Shown: one piece after another, positions 37,097-50,100 of the stretch
How positions within the stretch are numbered: the first letter of the stretch is position 1
How the letters are laid out: each line of letters begins with the position of its first letter
Source of the DNA: Eledone cirrhosa
Lineage: Eukaryota
Assembly (NCBI GenBank): GCA_964016885.1
Contig: OZ024764.1
Coordinates: 2,108,001 to 2,172,000 of the forward strand
DNA length: 64,000 bases
Direction: 5' to 3'
Notes under the pieces: model-generated
Seen by the model: the letters and a program-made list of their open reading frames with translations, nothing else
Database searches by the model: none
Told to the model about the DNA's origin: nothing
Position numbers and translations under genes: made by a program

Positions 37097-37943
37097 CTAT
37101 ATATATACCAGCGTACAAGTCGACATTTGGAGCCTAAAAATATCTCTCCAAAACCAGGGGTTGATTTGACCCCCAAATATAAAATGTGAACCTTTACCAC
37201 TGAAGGGTAAACAGACAAACTGCCTGCCTAACACTTGTTGTACACCACTTACCATAACTCTAGCAACCCACCACATTATTTCCTACTGAATCTCATATTT
37301 GTTAAGTCTAACTTAGAGATTATAGTAATAACTATAGACATTGGTCTTGCTGTAGCTTATAGGGTAGGTTACTGGAGGGTAGGTTACTGTAGGGTAGGTT
37401 ACCATAGGGTAGGTTACTGTAGGGTAGGTTACCACAGGGTAGGTTACCATAGGGTAGGTTACCATAGGGTAGGTTACCATAAGTTAGGTTACTATAGGGT
37501 AGGTTACCATAAGTTAGGTTACCATAAGTTAGGTTACCATATCGTAGGTTACCTTAGGGTAGGCTACCATAGGTTAGGTTACCACAGGGTAGGTTACCAT
37601 TGGTTAGGTTACCATAGGGTAGGTTATGACAGGGTAGGTTACCATAAGTTTCGTTACCATAGGGTAGGTTACCACAGGGTAGGTTTCTATAGAGTAGGTT
37701 ACCATAGGTTCGTTAATGTTAGACTGGTTTACTCAGTTAGTTAGATCTCACTAGCGACTGAAGTGTTTTAGAAGTGTCTTAGCCTTTAGCGTGCCACTAC
37801 ATTCTTTGAATTATTTCCCCTGCAACTGCCTTATTTTTTAGGGGTCTTCTTATCCGGTGAATATAGGCCTAAACCTGAATTACACCTCAATATTTTAGGG
37901 GTAGACCTATGCACCAGATCGACTTGTATGTCGGCATATACGG
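37097..37943. mobile_element. pogo-like MITE with an internal 15-bp minisatellite
   Basis: Right end TCGACTTGTATGTCGGCATATACGG-TA mirrors the left end TATATACCAGCGTACAAGTCGA. Confidence 0.5.
37358..37712. repeat. 15-bp minisatellite AGGGTAGGTTACCAT, about 23 copies
   Basis: Direct reading. Confidence 0.9.
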
Positions 37944-38297
37944 TATATCTTTATCTGTTTTTATGGTATTATATTATCGGGGCCGATAAAATAAAGTACC
38001 AGTAATACACTGGGAAATTGCTGGCCTTGTGCCTAACGTAGAAATAATTATATTATCTAAGATGCATCATTGCAGCAGGCTGCATCGTCCGATCCTTTAC
38101 AGAATCTGGTGTTATGCAACCTTATCTTTACACATGAAATTGTATCCCAGGAGGTGGCTGGAGAGGGTCTTCAGATGCTGTTATTTACATTCTTACATAT
38201 CTCTCTCTATATATATATATAGACATATCTCTCTCTCTCTCTCTATATATATATATACATATATCTCTCTATATATATACACACATATCTCTATATA

Positions 38298-39023
38298 TGG
38301 TGGCTGCCAACTCTTTTTCTAGTACGGCCACTACTTTATATCCATGTAGGAGAACCCCTACCGATGCGCTGAACGGGTGTGACTTTTCAGTCCGGCCAGC
38401 GACTTGAAAACTCTGGTTACAAACACTAGACTTGTGACAATTATTGACACACAGTGCTGGGCCCATGGTACCATGTGACGACAAGTGCAGAGAGATCCCT
38501 AGATATAAAGCAATGCCTGCGACTTGAAAACTCTGGTTATAAACACTAGACTTGTGACAATTATTGACACATAGTGCTGGGCCCATGGTACCATGTGACG
38601 ACAAGTGCAGAGAGATCTCCAGATATAAAGCAATGCCTGTGCCGTGAAGCTTTTATAGTGAGCAAAGGCACTGCACAAAGCCAGTCCCACTCTCTTAACC
38701 AAGATGATATTTACCAAAAAGAAGAACAAGTCAACATCATTGGATACCATCAGGGTTGCAGGTGTTATATCAGAGTTTTCCTTCTCCTAGAATTCTGCCT
38801 TGACAAAGGCTAAGGGGTCATCTCTCCCGGTGATTTTGGATGACCATTGACTCTTAAGAGGTCCTTTGCCCTTTGACAGGTTTTGTTTTTAGTCCTGCAG
38901 GATGTCCAAAGTCACCCTCCTCACCAAGAAACCTTGGTGGGGTTGCCTGTTTAGTCGCCAACAACCCGACCATGAGACAGGTTGTACTGGGATACATGTT
39001 ACCAGTAGCACCAACTGGTGACC
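38298..39023 (-). mobile_element. RTE-derived element, family A, with a 120-bp internal tandem duplication
   Basis: Matches 33582-34183. Segment 38400-38519 is repeated at 38520-38639. Confidence 0.7.
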
Positions 39024-39028
39024 TGACA

Positions 39029-39060
<32 letters not shown>

Positions 39061-39194
39061 CACATATCTCTCTATACACACACACACATCTCTCTCTATA
39101 TATATATATACACATATCTCTCTATATATATACACACACATCTCTCTCTATATATATACACTCATATCTCTCTCTATATATATACACACATATA

Positions 39195-39256
<62 letters not shown>

Positions 39257-39289
39257 CACACACACACACACACATACACTCGTATATAT

Positions 39290-40142
39290 AACTTAACTTC
39301 AACAGATTTCAGTTAGTATTGTCCCAGGCCATGCCTCACTTAATAGCACCATCTGGCGAAGTCCTTCAAATCATGATTTGGACACCATGGCCCACTCAAG
39401 CAGAGAGTTTTTGTTTACAGAGACATATCCAGGTGTAGGAGGTTTATCCGGGATTTCTTGAAGGAATTTTTCCAAAGCCTTCTTGAACTTTATGGGGTCT
39501 GTTTCTGTTTTAATGGGTTTTGGTGTAATGTTAAAGAGAGCGGGGCCAATTGAGGTGAAATAATTGTGCCGTATTGTTGTTATGAGATGCGAGTGAGATT
39601 TTTGTTGTGGGCGGATAGCACACGGTCCAAGCCTTGGGTGTACCTTAAAGATGATGCCAACATCATTTGGGCAAAGCTGATGGAATATTTTCCACATCAT
39701 ACAGATAATGTAGCGCTCACGGCGACGTTGGAGAGAATAAAGGTTGAGCTTTTCTAATCGACCCCAATAGTCAAGGCCTGTCATGTCATCTATCTTTTTC
39801 GTAATTGACCTTTAGGGTGCTTCAACTTTCATGATACTTTGTTTCGTGTGGGGAGACCACAGTGGTCAACAGTATTCAAGGTGGGGTTGGGCAAAAGTGG
39901 AGAAGTGAAGGATAACAGTGTGGATATCTCTCGACTGGAAAGTTCTGAGAATCCAGGAACACATTCTGGGGGCCATGTCAACTTTGCTGTTTCTATGAGT
40001 GTCCCAGCTTATGTTGTTGTCCACAATTACTCCCAGGTCTCTGATGTTGTTGGATGCCACAAGAGTTTCACCCGAAGGAAGAGAGTATGGTAGTTTCAGG
40101 GCATCCTTTTGTCCAAAGTGGATTAACTCGAACTTATCCTCG
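39290..40142 (-). mobile_element. 5'-truncated CR1-group LINE (second family)
   Basis: IRDLGVIVDNNISW, FAQPHLEYC and LDYWGRLEKLNLYSLQRRRERYII...ALEKFLQEIPDKP. Frameshifted. Confidence 0.8.
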
Positions 40143-40160
40143 TTTATATATATATATATA

Positions 40161-40501
40161 TCATCATCATCATCATTTCATTTTACGTCTGCTTTTCCCT
40201 GCTTGCAAGGGTGGGATGGGAACTGATTCTGGCTTGATTTCTACAGCTGGATGCCTTTCCTAACACCAACCTCATTTACAGTGAGTGCTGGGTGCTTTTT
40301 TGCCGTGGCACCTCCACGACCACTTTGCAGTGGAATGATAGGGACCCCAGTCCCTATCATCTCATTTCTACAGCTGAGTAAACTGGAGCAATGTGAAATA
40401 AAGTGTCTTGCTCAAGGAAACAACACATCACCCAGTCTGAGAATTGAACTCACAACCTTTCGATTGCAAGGCCAATGCTCTAACCACTAAGCCATGTGCC
40501 T

Positions 40502-40503
<2 letters not shown>
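40161..40503 (-). mobile_element. SINE family 1
   Basis: Reverse complement of 4684-5027. Confidence 0.85.
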
Positions 40504-40547
<44 letters not shown>

Positions 40548-40551
<4 letters not shown>

Positions 40552-40777
40552 TCATCATCATCATCATCATCATCAGGTTTAGCGTCCGTGTTCCACGCTT
40601 GCATGGGTTTGGACGGGGGTTTTCCCACTTGAGGCAAGAGTGGTTGTCTTGCTCGCATAGGACTGTCTGGCGGGTTTTCTACAGTTGGATGCCCTTCCTA
40701 ACACCAACCACATTTACAGTGTGGGGCTGGGAGGTTTTTACCGTGTTGCCTACACGGCCACATTACAGCGTGGACTG
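40548..40777 (-). mobile_element. Family C repeat, truncated
   Basis: Matches 31512-31730. Confidence 0.75.
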
Positions 40778-40792
40778 TATATATATATATAT

Positions 40793-40929
40793 ATATTTAT
40801 TAAAATAACAGATTAAAGTTTAAGCAAAGAATCGCTGCTTTCACCCTTAACGGGATCTTCTGAAGATCCCGTTAAGGGTGAAAGCAGCGATTCTTTGCTT
40901 AAACTTTAATCTGTTATTTTAATAAATAT
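40793..40929. repeat. Perfect palindrome with 68-bp arms centred on T40861
   Basis: Arms read as exact reverse complements. The apex is TCTTC-T-GAAGA. Confidence 0.9.
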
Positions 40930-41012
40930 TTGCTCTACGGTTCTTATATATTTGATATATATTTATCCTTATCGAGCCCTCATTGGATTTTAGTCTTCAA
41001 ATTTATTATTAT

Positions 41013-41051
<39 letters not shown>

Positions 41052-41165
41052 AAGGTTCTATTTAAAATTGTTGGGATACAACAAGTAAATATTTTTATAA
41101 CTGATATAAAGCACTCGACAAGTATTTGGAGTAGATATACGAAACTATATTTATAAAACCATATT

Positions 41166-41230
41166 TATTTCATTATACATATTTCAGGGATACCAAATTA
41201 AATTATGGTATGCCTTCATCAGACAAAATA
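41166..41230 (-). ncRNA. Type-I hammerhead ribozyme (inverted copy)
   Basis: Reverse complement of 41385-41449. Confidence 0.7.
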
Positions 41231-41384
41231 CAATATATAACAGTTTTACAAATAAGCTTTGACGTACCCTTTTAAAAAGCAACCATTATGCTTCCATTAT
41301 GCTTCCAACAGGATGGCTTCCAAAAATAATGGTTGCATTTTAATAGGGTACGTCAAAGCTTATTTGTAAAACTGTTATATATTG

Positions 41385-41449
41385 TATTTTGTCTGATGAA
41401 GGCATACCATAATTTAATTTGGTATCCCTGAAATATGTATAATGAAATA
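41385..41449 (+). ncRNA. Type-I hammerhead ribozyme
   Basis: Reads TATTTTGT-CTGATGA-AGGCATACCA-loop-TGGTATCCCT-GAAA-TATGTA-T-A-ATGAAATA. Confidence 0.75.
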
Positions 41450-41619
41450 AATATGGTTTTATAAATATAGTTTCCATTTGTTTAATATCGTATATCTATA
41501 TATATATATAGTGATGGCTGCAATGATAGTTTTCATGGAGATGGTATTTAAAAAACTGTTGCAATCTGACTTCCATATCCTGTCGAAACCACCCATCTTA
41601 ACACATGTGTATCTCTCAC

Positions 41620-41679
<60 letters not shown>

Positions 41680-41851
41680 TATATGTGTGTGTGTGTGTGT
41701 ATGTATGTATGTTACATATCCTGGACACAAGAGATTCTGTCTACTGTTATCCAGCTTGTCAGGTTTCTTTTGACATTCAAGTTCCCTCTGGTCACCCCTC
41801 ACCCACCATCTATATGCCCATATATCTATATATCTACCTACCTATCTTTCC

Positions 41852-41889
<38 letters not shown>

Positions 41890-41904
41890 CCAAGAGATGT
41901 CAAT

Positions 41905-42026
41905 ATGACTCATACACTGTTTATTTTCCTGACATTTGTACATTATTCTATGTACTATACATGCACCTTTGATGAGTTGAAGTGCACCTGAGCACTGTAC
42001 ACAATAATTTCATTATTATATTATTA
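41905..42026 (+). mobile_element. CR1-like 3' UTR fragment
   Basis: Reverse complement of about 10690-10805. Confidence 0.7.
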
Positions 42027-42038
42027 TGAATGGACCTG

Positions 42039-42231
42039 TTATTTTTATCTAAAGATATTTTTTTTCCAATTCCACCCTGCCTGTCCCCTCAATCTATCTT
42101 ATTTCTCATTCCTTCTTCTGATGAAGGACTAGCATCTGAAACGTTAAGACCCTCTTCCTGCTATATCAAGCTTTAACCTAATATATTCCTTCCATATACT
42201 GTACCAATTGTGTTGTTATTTCTGTTTACCT

Positions 42232-42235
<4 letters not shown>
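42039..42235 (+). mobile_element. Penelope-like short repeat, copy 2, with a decayed hammerhead at 42114-42149
   Basis: Matches 1-180. GCGTCCG has changed to GCATCTG in stem II. Confidence 0.6.
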
Positions 42236-42271
<36 letters not shown>

Positions 42272-42429
42272 TATTTTTCTATACTAGAATTATTTTCAAT
42301 ACACTGATGCGTACGTGTGTATGTGTGTATGCGTGTATGTGCGTATGTGTGTATGTGCGTAGGCATACATTTATACGTTTGAGTATATAAATATAAACGC
42401 GCAAACACTCACACAAGTACAAAACTCAG

Positions 42430-42848
42430 ACATTCTCACAAACACACACACATATTTACACAACCACACACATACATTTACACAAACACACACACATACA
42501 TTTACACAAACACACACACATACATTTACACAAACGCACACAAACATTTACACAAACACACATTCATTTACACAAACACACATATATTTACACAAACACA
42601 CACATACATTTACACAAACACACATACATTTACACAAACACACACATACATTTACACAAACACACACACATATTTACACAAACACACACACATATTTACA
42701 CACACACATTTACACAAACACACACATACATTTACACAAACACGCACATTTACACAAACACACACACATGCATTTACAGATACACACACATATACATTCA
42801 CAAACGTACACACACATATTTACACAAACAAACACATACACTCACACA
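42430..42848. repeat. Degenerate (CATTTACACAAACACACA)n repeat
   Basis: Direct reading. Confidence 0.85.
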
Positions 42849-42906
42849 GTGTACAGAGAGGAGTATGAGGTAGACAAACTACTCCTTTCTCTGGGAAGGT
42901 GGGCTA

Positions 42907-44970
42907 TTAACTCTTTACCATTTACATTACTCTATATATATTATTGTATTTTCACAGTAAAGGCTTTACCTCACATAATATCTCACATAACATTTACATT
43001 ACTCTATATATACTATTGTATTGTCACAGTAAAGTCTTTACCTCACATAATATCTCACATAACATTTACATTACTCTATATATACTATTGTATTGTCACA
43101 GTAAAGGCTTTACCTCACATAATATCTCACATAACATTTACATTACTCTATATATACTATTGTATTTTCACAGTAAAGGCTTTACCTCACATATCTCACA
43201 TAACATTTACATTACTCTATATATACTATTGTATTGTCATAGTAAAGGCTTTACCTCACATAATATCTCACATAACATTTACATTACTCTATATATACTA
43301 TTGTATTTTCACAGTAAAGGCTTTACCTCACATAATATCTCACATAACATTTACATTACTCTATATATACTATTGTATTGTCACAGTAAAGGCTTTACCT
43401 CACATAATATCTCACATAACATTTACATTACTCTATATATACTATTGTATTGTCACAGTAAAGGCTTTACCTCACATAATATCTCACATAACATTTACAT
43501 TACTCTATATATACTATTGTATTGTCACAGTAAAGGCTTTACCTCACATAATATCTCACATAACATTTACATTACTCTATATATACTATTGTATTGTCAC
43601 AGTAAAGGCTTTACCTCACATAATATCTCACATAACATTTACATTACTCTATATATACTATTGTATTGTCACAGTAAAGGCTTTACCTCACATAACATTT
43701 ACATTACTCTATATATACTATTGTATTGTCACAGTAAAGGCTTTACCTCACATAATATCTCACATAACATTTACATTACTCTATATATACTATTGTATTG
43801 TCACAGTAAAGGCTTTACCTCACATAATATCTCACATAACATTTACATTACTCTATATATACTATTGTATTGTCACAGTAAAGTCTTTACCTCACATAAT
43901 ATCTCACATAACATTTACATTACTCTATATATACTATTGTATTGTCACAGTAAAGGCTTTACCTCACATAATATCTCACATAACATTTACATTACTCTAT
44001 ATATACTATTGTATTGTCACAGTAAAGGCTTTACCTCACATATCTCACATAACATATACATTACTCTATATATACTATTGTATTGTCACAGTAAAGTCTT
44101 TACCTCACATAATATCTCACATAACATTTACATTACTCTATATATACTATTGTATTGTCACAGTAAAGTCTTTACCTCACATAATATCTCACATAACATA
44201 TACATTACTCTATATATACTATTGTATTGTCACAGTATAGTCTTTACCTCACATAATACCTCACATAACATTTACATTACTCTATATATACTATTGTATT
44301 TTCACATTAAAGGCCTTACCTCACATAATATCTCACATAACATTTACATTACTCTATATATACTATTGTATTGTCACAGTAAAGGCTTTACCTCACATAA
44401 TATCTCACATAACATTTACATTACTCTATATATACTATTGTATTGTCACAGTAAAGGCTTTACCTCACATAATATCTCACATAACATTTACATTACTCTA
44501 TATATACTATTGTATTTTCACAGTAAAGGCTTTACCGCACATAATATCTCACATAACATTTACATTACTATATATACTATTATATTTTCACAGTAAAGTC
44601 TTTACCTCACATAATATCTCACATAACATTTACATTACTCTATATATACTATTGTATTTTCACAGTAAAGGCTTTACCTCACATAATATCTCACATAACA
44701 TTTACATTACTCTATATATACTATTGTATTTTCACAGTAAAGGCTTTACCTCACATAATATCTCACATAACATTTACATTACTATATATACTATTATATT
44801 TTCACAGTAAAGTCTTTACCTCACATAATATCTCACATAACATTTACATTACTCTATATATACTATTGTATTGTCACAGTAAAGGCTTTACCTCACATAA
44901 TATCTCACACAACATTTACATTACTCTATATATACTATTATATTTTCACAGTAAAGTCTTTACCTCACAT
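42907..44970. repeat. 72-bp satellite, about 28 copies (array 1)
   Basis: Unit CATTTACATTACTCTATATATACTATTGTATT(G/T)TCACAGTAAAGGCTTTACCTCACATAATATCTCACATAA. Begins at TTAACTCTTTA. Confidence 0.95.
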
Positions 44971-45214
44971 ATATAAACTATTACAATATGAAAGAAAGAG
45001 GTTTGTTGGTTTGTTCCGTCATGCATCACGCAAAAACGAAAATTTAGTACAGCAATGGAATGGTTTAATACCCAGGAAGGTTTATTGATAATAATTTTAT
45101 AACCAAGTTGGCTGCTATTTCTAGCAGGCTGAGACTCAACCATAAGGGATTCTCTCTGTGTGTTCGTTGCCAAAGATCATGCTTCTCGGCCAGTGTCTCC
45201 GATTCAAACGCTGG

Positions 45215-45264
<50 letters not shown>

Positions 45265-45266
<2 letters not shown>

Positions 45267-46293
45267 GGAAATGGTCATGTTCAATATGTAGGAAAGGAAC
45301 TGGCATAAACTCTATAAAATGTGCACAAGAGATGTAGCAGGCAAAATAACAGGTAGGGAAAACTTCATATGCAGTAGATGTACAGGGAAATTTGACAGAA
45401 GTTGCAGTGATAGACACATTTTTCAAATGCAGGTGGGTTCTATAGAAGTGGTTGATAGCTTCCGGTACCTAGGAGATCAGATTAGCATGGGAGAGGGGTG
45501 TTCCGAGGCCATAGTATCTAGAATAAACATGGGTTAGAAGAAGTTTAGGGAGCTGCTTTCTATGTTGACAAAGAATGGTTTCTCCCTGCGTACGAAAGGC
45601 CGGTTATATGATGCCTGTGTGAGATGCTCGATGCTGCATGATAGTGAGATATGGGCAGCAACTGTAGAGGATATCTGACAGCTGGAGAGAAATGAAACAA
45701 GCATGCTCCGTTGGATGTGCAATGTCAATGTACGTGAACGACCGAGCATGGATGAGTTGAGAGAGAAACAGTGTTTAACCCTTTAATGATCAAACCGGCC
45801 AAAACTGGCCAGAATTCGCTACCTTTTTCTGTTGAAACTGGCTGCAACTGGTCACTCAAACTGATGTTAAGGTATTGTTCTCAAAATAAATACTTTCAAC
45901 ATCTCATAGATTCGATATTATGTGAGATAATTATGTGAAGTAAAGCCTTTACCATGAAAATATAATAGTATATATAGAGTAATGTGAATGCTAAAGGGTT
46001 AAGAGGGATAAGTTTTAGTGAGTGGGAGAGAAGACTGAGATGGTATGGACATGTGATGCGCATGGAGGATGACCGCTGAGTAAAGAAGTGCCAAGAAATC
46101 CCAGTAGAAGGAAGACGCAGTAGAGGAAGACCAAGAAAATCATGGGCGGAGGTGGTGAGAGCAGACCTCAGATCACTGAAGCTCACCGAGATGACGAAAG
46201 ACCGTGCCAAGTGGAGAGATGCTGTGCTGAATAAGACCCGTCCACCCTTGCAAGCAGGGAAAAGCGAACGTAAAATGATGATGATGATGATGA
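45265..46293 (+). mobile_element. 5'-truncated RTE LINE interrupted by a piggyBac-like MITE
   Basis: VVDSFRYLGDQI, KFRELL..LT, KGRLYDACVR, SMLRWMCNV, RLRWYGHVMRM and RGRPRKSW, then a (GAT)n tail. Confidence 0.85.
45779..45998. mobile_element. piggyBac-like MITE (220 bp)
   Basis: TTAA-CCCTTTA...TAAAGGG-TTAA. Removing it together with one TTAA restores the RTE frame (ELREKQCL|RGI). Confidence 0.85.
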
Positions 46294-46479
46294 TCTATAT
46301 CTTTAATCATTTTCCATATATGGCAACAGGAAATCATTTAGCTACTCTAAAGAGATTATTAGTCTCCTGTATTTTCCATAACAAGAATTTGTTCTTCTCG
46401 CTCCACATAATGAACTAATATACTAATTTTATTTACAATTGTATAAATAATGGGGAAGGGGTAAAGAAGGGCAGATATT

Positions 46480-46610
46480 TGGGGTAGTAGAGTGTGACTA
46501 TATTAGAGTTGGTGCCCTATGGCTGAGCTCTTGCCTCTTCAACAGAGTCTGGAATTAGCTGTCAAAACAGCAAAAGCTTGGCCGTCGGGCTCCAACTCTT
46601 TCTAATATAT
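46480..46610. repeat. Diverged fold-back element related to family F
   Basis: AGAGTTGGTGCCCTATGGCTGAGCTCTTGC pairs imperfectly with GCAAAAGCTTGGCCGTCGGGCTCCAACTCT. The flank GGGTAGTAGAGTG is shared with about 32911. Confidence 0.55.
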
Positions 46611-46699
46611 AGACATATCTAAGCATGTATGTATGTTTATATGCATGAATGTATGTATATATGCATATATGTATGTGTATATGTATGTATGAATGTATG

Positions 46700-47042
46700 C
46701 GTGGGGACATAGAAATAATCAGGCTGGACACCCGATCGCACGGTTAAACCACTGGGAGTGCAGGACCCCTAGCCTTTGTCAGGGCCTTCTTCTAGGAGAA
46801 GAAGGCAACTCAGGAAACTGGGATAACTCCGATATAAAACCTGCGACTCAGTAGTTACAGATGATGTTGATCTTTTCTTCTTTTCAGGTTATAGCTACTG
46901 TCTCTCAGAGAGTGGGATTGGCTCAGTGCACAGTCTCTCCTCACTTTAAAAAAATCTTCATTGCACAATAGCATTAATTGATAATTATTAATAATGTTAT
47001 ATCGTGCAATGGCCATACTTGATAACGAGGGGGCAGCCATCA
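46700..47042 (+). mobile_element. RTE-derived non-autonomous element, family B
   Basis: Reverse complement of 19868-20210. Confidence 0.65.
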
Positions 47043-47106
47043 TACAAGAAATTATGAATTTTATGTGAGAAAAGTTTCCAACCTCCTCTATGAAGGGATC
47101 TTTTCT

Positions 47107-50100
47107 GGAGCCATGACAAAAGTACCCAGTCCACACTGTAAAGTGGTCATGTAGGTGTCACAACAAAAAGTACCCAGCCCACACTGTAAAGTGGTCATGT
47201 AGGTGTCACAACAAAAAGCACCCAGTCCACACTGTAATGTGGTCATGTAGGTGTCACAACAAACAACACCCAGTCCACACTGTAAAGTGGTTATGTAGGT
47301 GTCATGACAAAGAGCACCCAGTCCACACTGTAAAGTGGTCATGTAGGTGTCACAACAAACAACACCCAGTCCACACTGTAATGTGGTCATGTAGGTGTCA
47401 CAACAAACAACACCCAGTCCACACTGTAAAGTAGTCATGTAGGTGTCACAACAAAAAGTACCCAGCCCACACTGTAAAGTGGACATGTAGGTGTCACAAC
47501 AAAAAGCACTAAGTCCACACTGTAAAGTGGTCATGTAGGTGTCATGACAAAGAGCTCCCAGTCCACACTGTAAAGTGGTCATGTAGGTGTCACTACAAAA
47601 AGTACCCAGTCCACACTGTAAAGTGGTCATGTAGGTGTCACAACAAACAACACCCAGTCCACACTGTAAAGTGGTTATGTAGGTATCACAACAAAAAGTA
47701 CCCAGTCCACACTGTAAAGTGGTCATGTAGGTGTCACAACAAAAAGCACCCAGTCCACACTGTAAAGTGGTCATGTAGGTGTCATGACAAAGAGCACCCA
47801 GTCCACACTGTAAAGTGGTCATGTAGGTGTCACTACAAAAAGTACCCAGTCCACACTGTAAAGTGGTCATGTAGGTGTCACAACAAAAAGCACCCAGTCC
47901 ACACTGTAAAGTGGTCATGTAGGTGTCATGACAAAGAGCACCCAGTCCACACTGTAAAGTGGTCATGTAGGTGACATGACAAAAAGTACCCAGTCCACTG
48001 TAAAGTGGTCATGTAGGTGTCACAACAAACAACACCCAGTCCACACTGTAAAGTAGTCATGTAGGTGTCACAACAAAAAGCACCCAGTCCACACTGTAAA
48101 GTGGTCATGTAGGTGTCTCAACAAAAAGTACCCAGTCCACGCTGTAAAGTGGTCATGTAGGTGACATGACAAAAAGAACCCAGTCCACTGTAAAGTGGTC
48201 ATGTAGGTGTCACAACAAAAAGTACCCAGTCCACACTATAAAGTGGTCATGTAGGAGACATGACAAAAAGTACCCAGTCCACACTGTAAAGTGGTCATGT
48301 AGGTGTCACAACAAAAAGTACCCAGTCCACACTGTAAAGTGGTCATGTAGGTGTCACAGCAAACAACACCCAGTCCACACTGTAAAGTGGTCATGTAGGT
48401 GTCACAGCAAACAACACCCAGTCCACACTGTAAAGTGGTCATGTAGGTGTCACATAAACAACACCCAGTCCACACTGTAAAGTGGTCATCTAGGTGTCAC
48501 AACAAAAAGTACCCAGTCCACACTGTAAAGTGGTCATGTAGGTGTCACAACAAAAAGTACCCAGTCCACACTGTAAAGTGGTCATGTAGGTGTCACAACA
48601 ACAAGTACCCAGTCCACACTGTAAAGTGGTCATGTAGGTGTCACAGCAAACAACACCCAGTCCACACTGTAAAGTGGTCATGTAGGTGTCACAACAAACA
48701 ACACCCAGTCCACACTGTAAAGTGGTCATCTAGGTGTCACAACAAAAAGTACCCAGTCCACACTGTAAAGTGGTCATGTAGGTGTCACAACAAAAAGTAC
48801 CCAGTCCACACTGTAAAGTGGTCATGTAGGTGTCACAACAAAAAATACCCAGTCCACACTGTAAAGTGGTCATGTAGGTGTCACAACAAAAAGTACCCAG
48901 TCCACACTGTAAAGTGGTCATGTAAGTGTCACAACAAAAAGTACCCAGTCCACACTGTAAAGTGGTCATGTAAGTGTCACAACAAAAAGTACCCAGTCCA
49001 CACTGTAAAGTGGTCATGTAAGTGTCACAACAAAAAGTACCCAGTCCACACTGTAAATGTGGTCATGTAGGTGTCACAACAAAAAATACCCAGTCCACAC
49101 TGTAAAGTGGTCATGTAGGTGTCACAACAAAAAGTACCCAGTCCACACTGTAAAGTGGTCATGTAGGTGTCACAACAAAAAGTACCCAGTCCACACTGTA
49201 AAGTGGTCATCTAGGTGTCACAACAAAAAGTACCCAGTCCACACTGTAAAGTGGTCATGTAGGTGTCACAACAAAAAGTACCCAGTCCACACTGTAAAGT
49301 GGTCATCTAGGTGTCACAACAAAAAGTACCCAGTCCACACTGTAAAGTGGTAGTGTAGGTGTCACAACAAAAAGTACCCAGTCCACACTGTAAAGTGGTC
49401 ATGTAGGTGTCACAACAAAAAGTACCCAGTCCACACTGTAAAGTGGTCATGTAGTTGTCACAACAAACAACACCCAGTCCACACTGTAAAGTGGTCATGT
49501 AGGTGACACAACAAAAAGTACCCAGTCCACACTGTAAATGTGGTCATGTAGGTGTCACAACAAAAAGTACCCAGTCCACACTGTAAAGTGGTCATGTAGG
49601 TGTCACAACAAAAAGTACCCAGTCCACACTGTAAAGTGGTCATGTAGGTGTCACAACAAAAAGTACCCAGTCCACACTGTAAAGTGGTCATGTAGGTGTC
49701 ACAACAAAAAGTACCCAGTCCACACTGTAAAGTGGTCATGTAAGTGTCACAACAAAAAGTACCCAGTCCACACTGTAAAGTGGTCATGTAGGTGACACAA
49801 CAAAAAGTACCCAGTCCACACTGTAAAGTGGTCATGTAGGTGTCACAACAAAAAGTACCCAGTCCACACTGTAAAGTGGTCATGTAGGTGTCACAACAAA
49901 AAGTACCCAGTCCACACTGTAAAGTGGTCATGTAGGTGTCACAACAAAAAGTACCCAGTCCACACTGTAAAGTGATCATGTAAGTGTCACAACAAAAAGT
50001 ACCCAGTCCACACTGTAAATGTGGTCATATAGGTGTCACAACAAAAAGTACCCAGTCCACACTGTAAAGTGGTCATCTAGGTGTCACAACAAAAAGTACC

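Larger units (their letters stand above)
41049..41492 (+). mobile_element. Hammerhead-bearing element in (TA)n with a 130-bp inverted duplication (41141-41270 and 41345-41474)
   Basis: Ends match 9513-9765 in reverse orientation. The arms are reverse complements. Confidence 0.75.

Noticed and set aside
37358-37712. Telomeric repeat
   Set aside because: The unit is 15 bp (AGGGTAGGTTACCAT), not TTAGGG, and lies inside a MITE-like element.
42768-44596. Long hydrophobic repeat ORFs (also 51464-53038 and 58625-60442)
   Set aside because: They are the 72-bp MITE-derived satellite.
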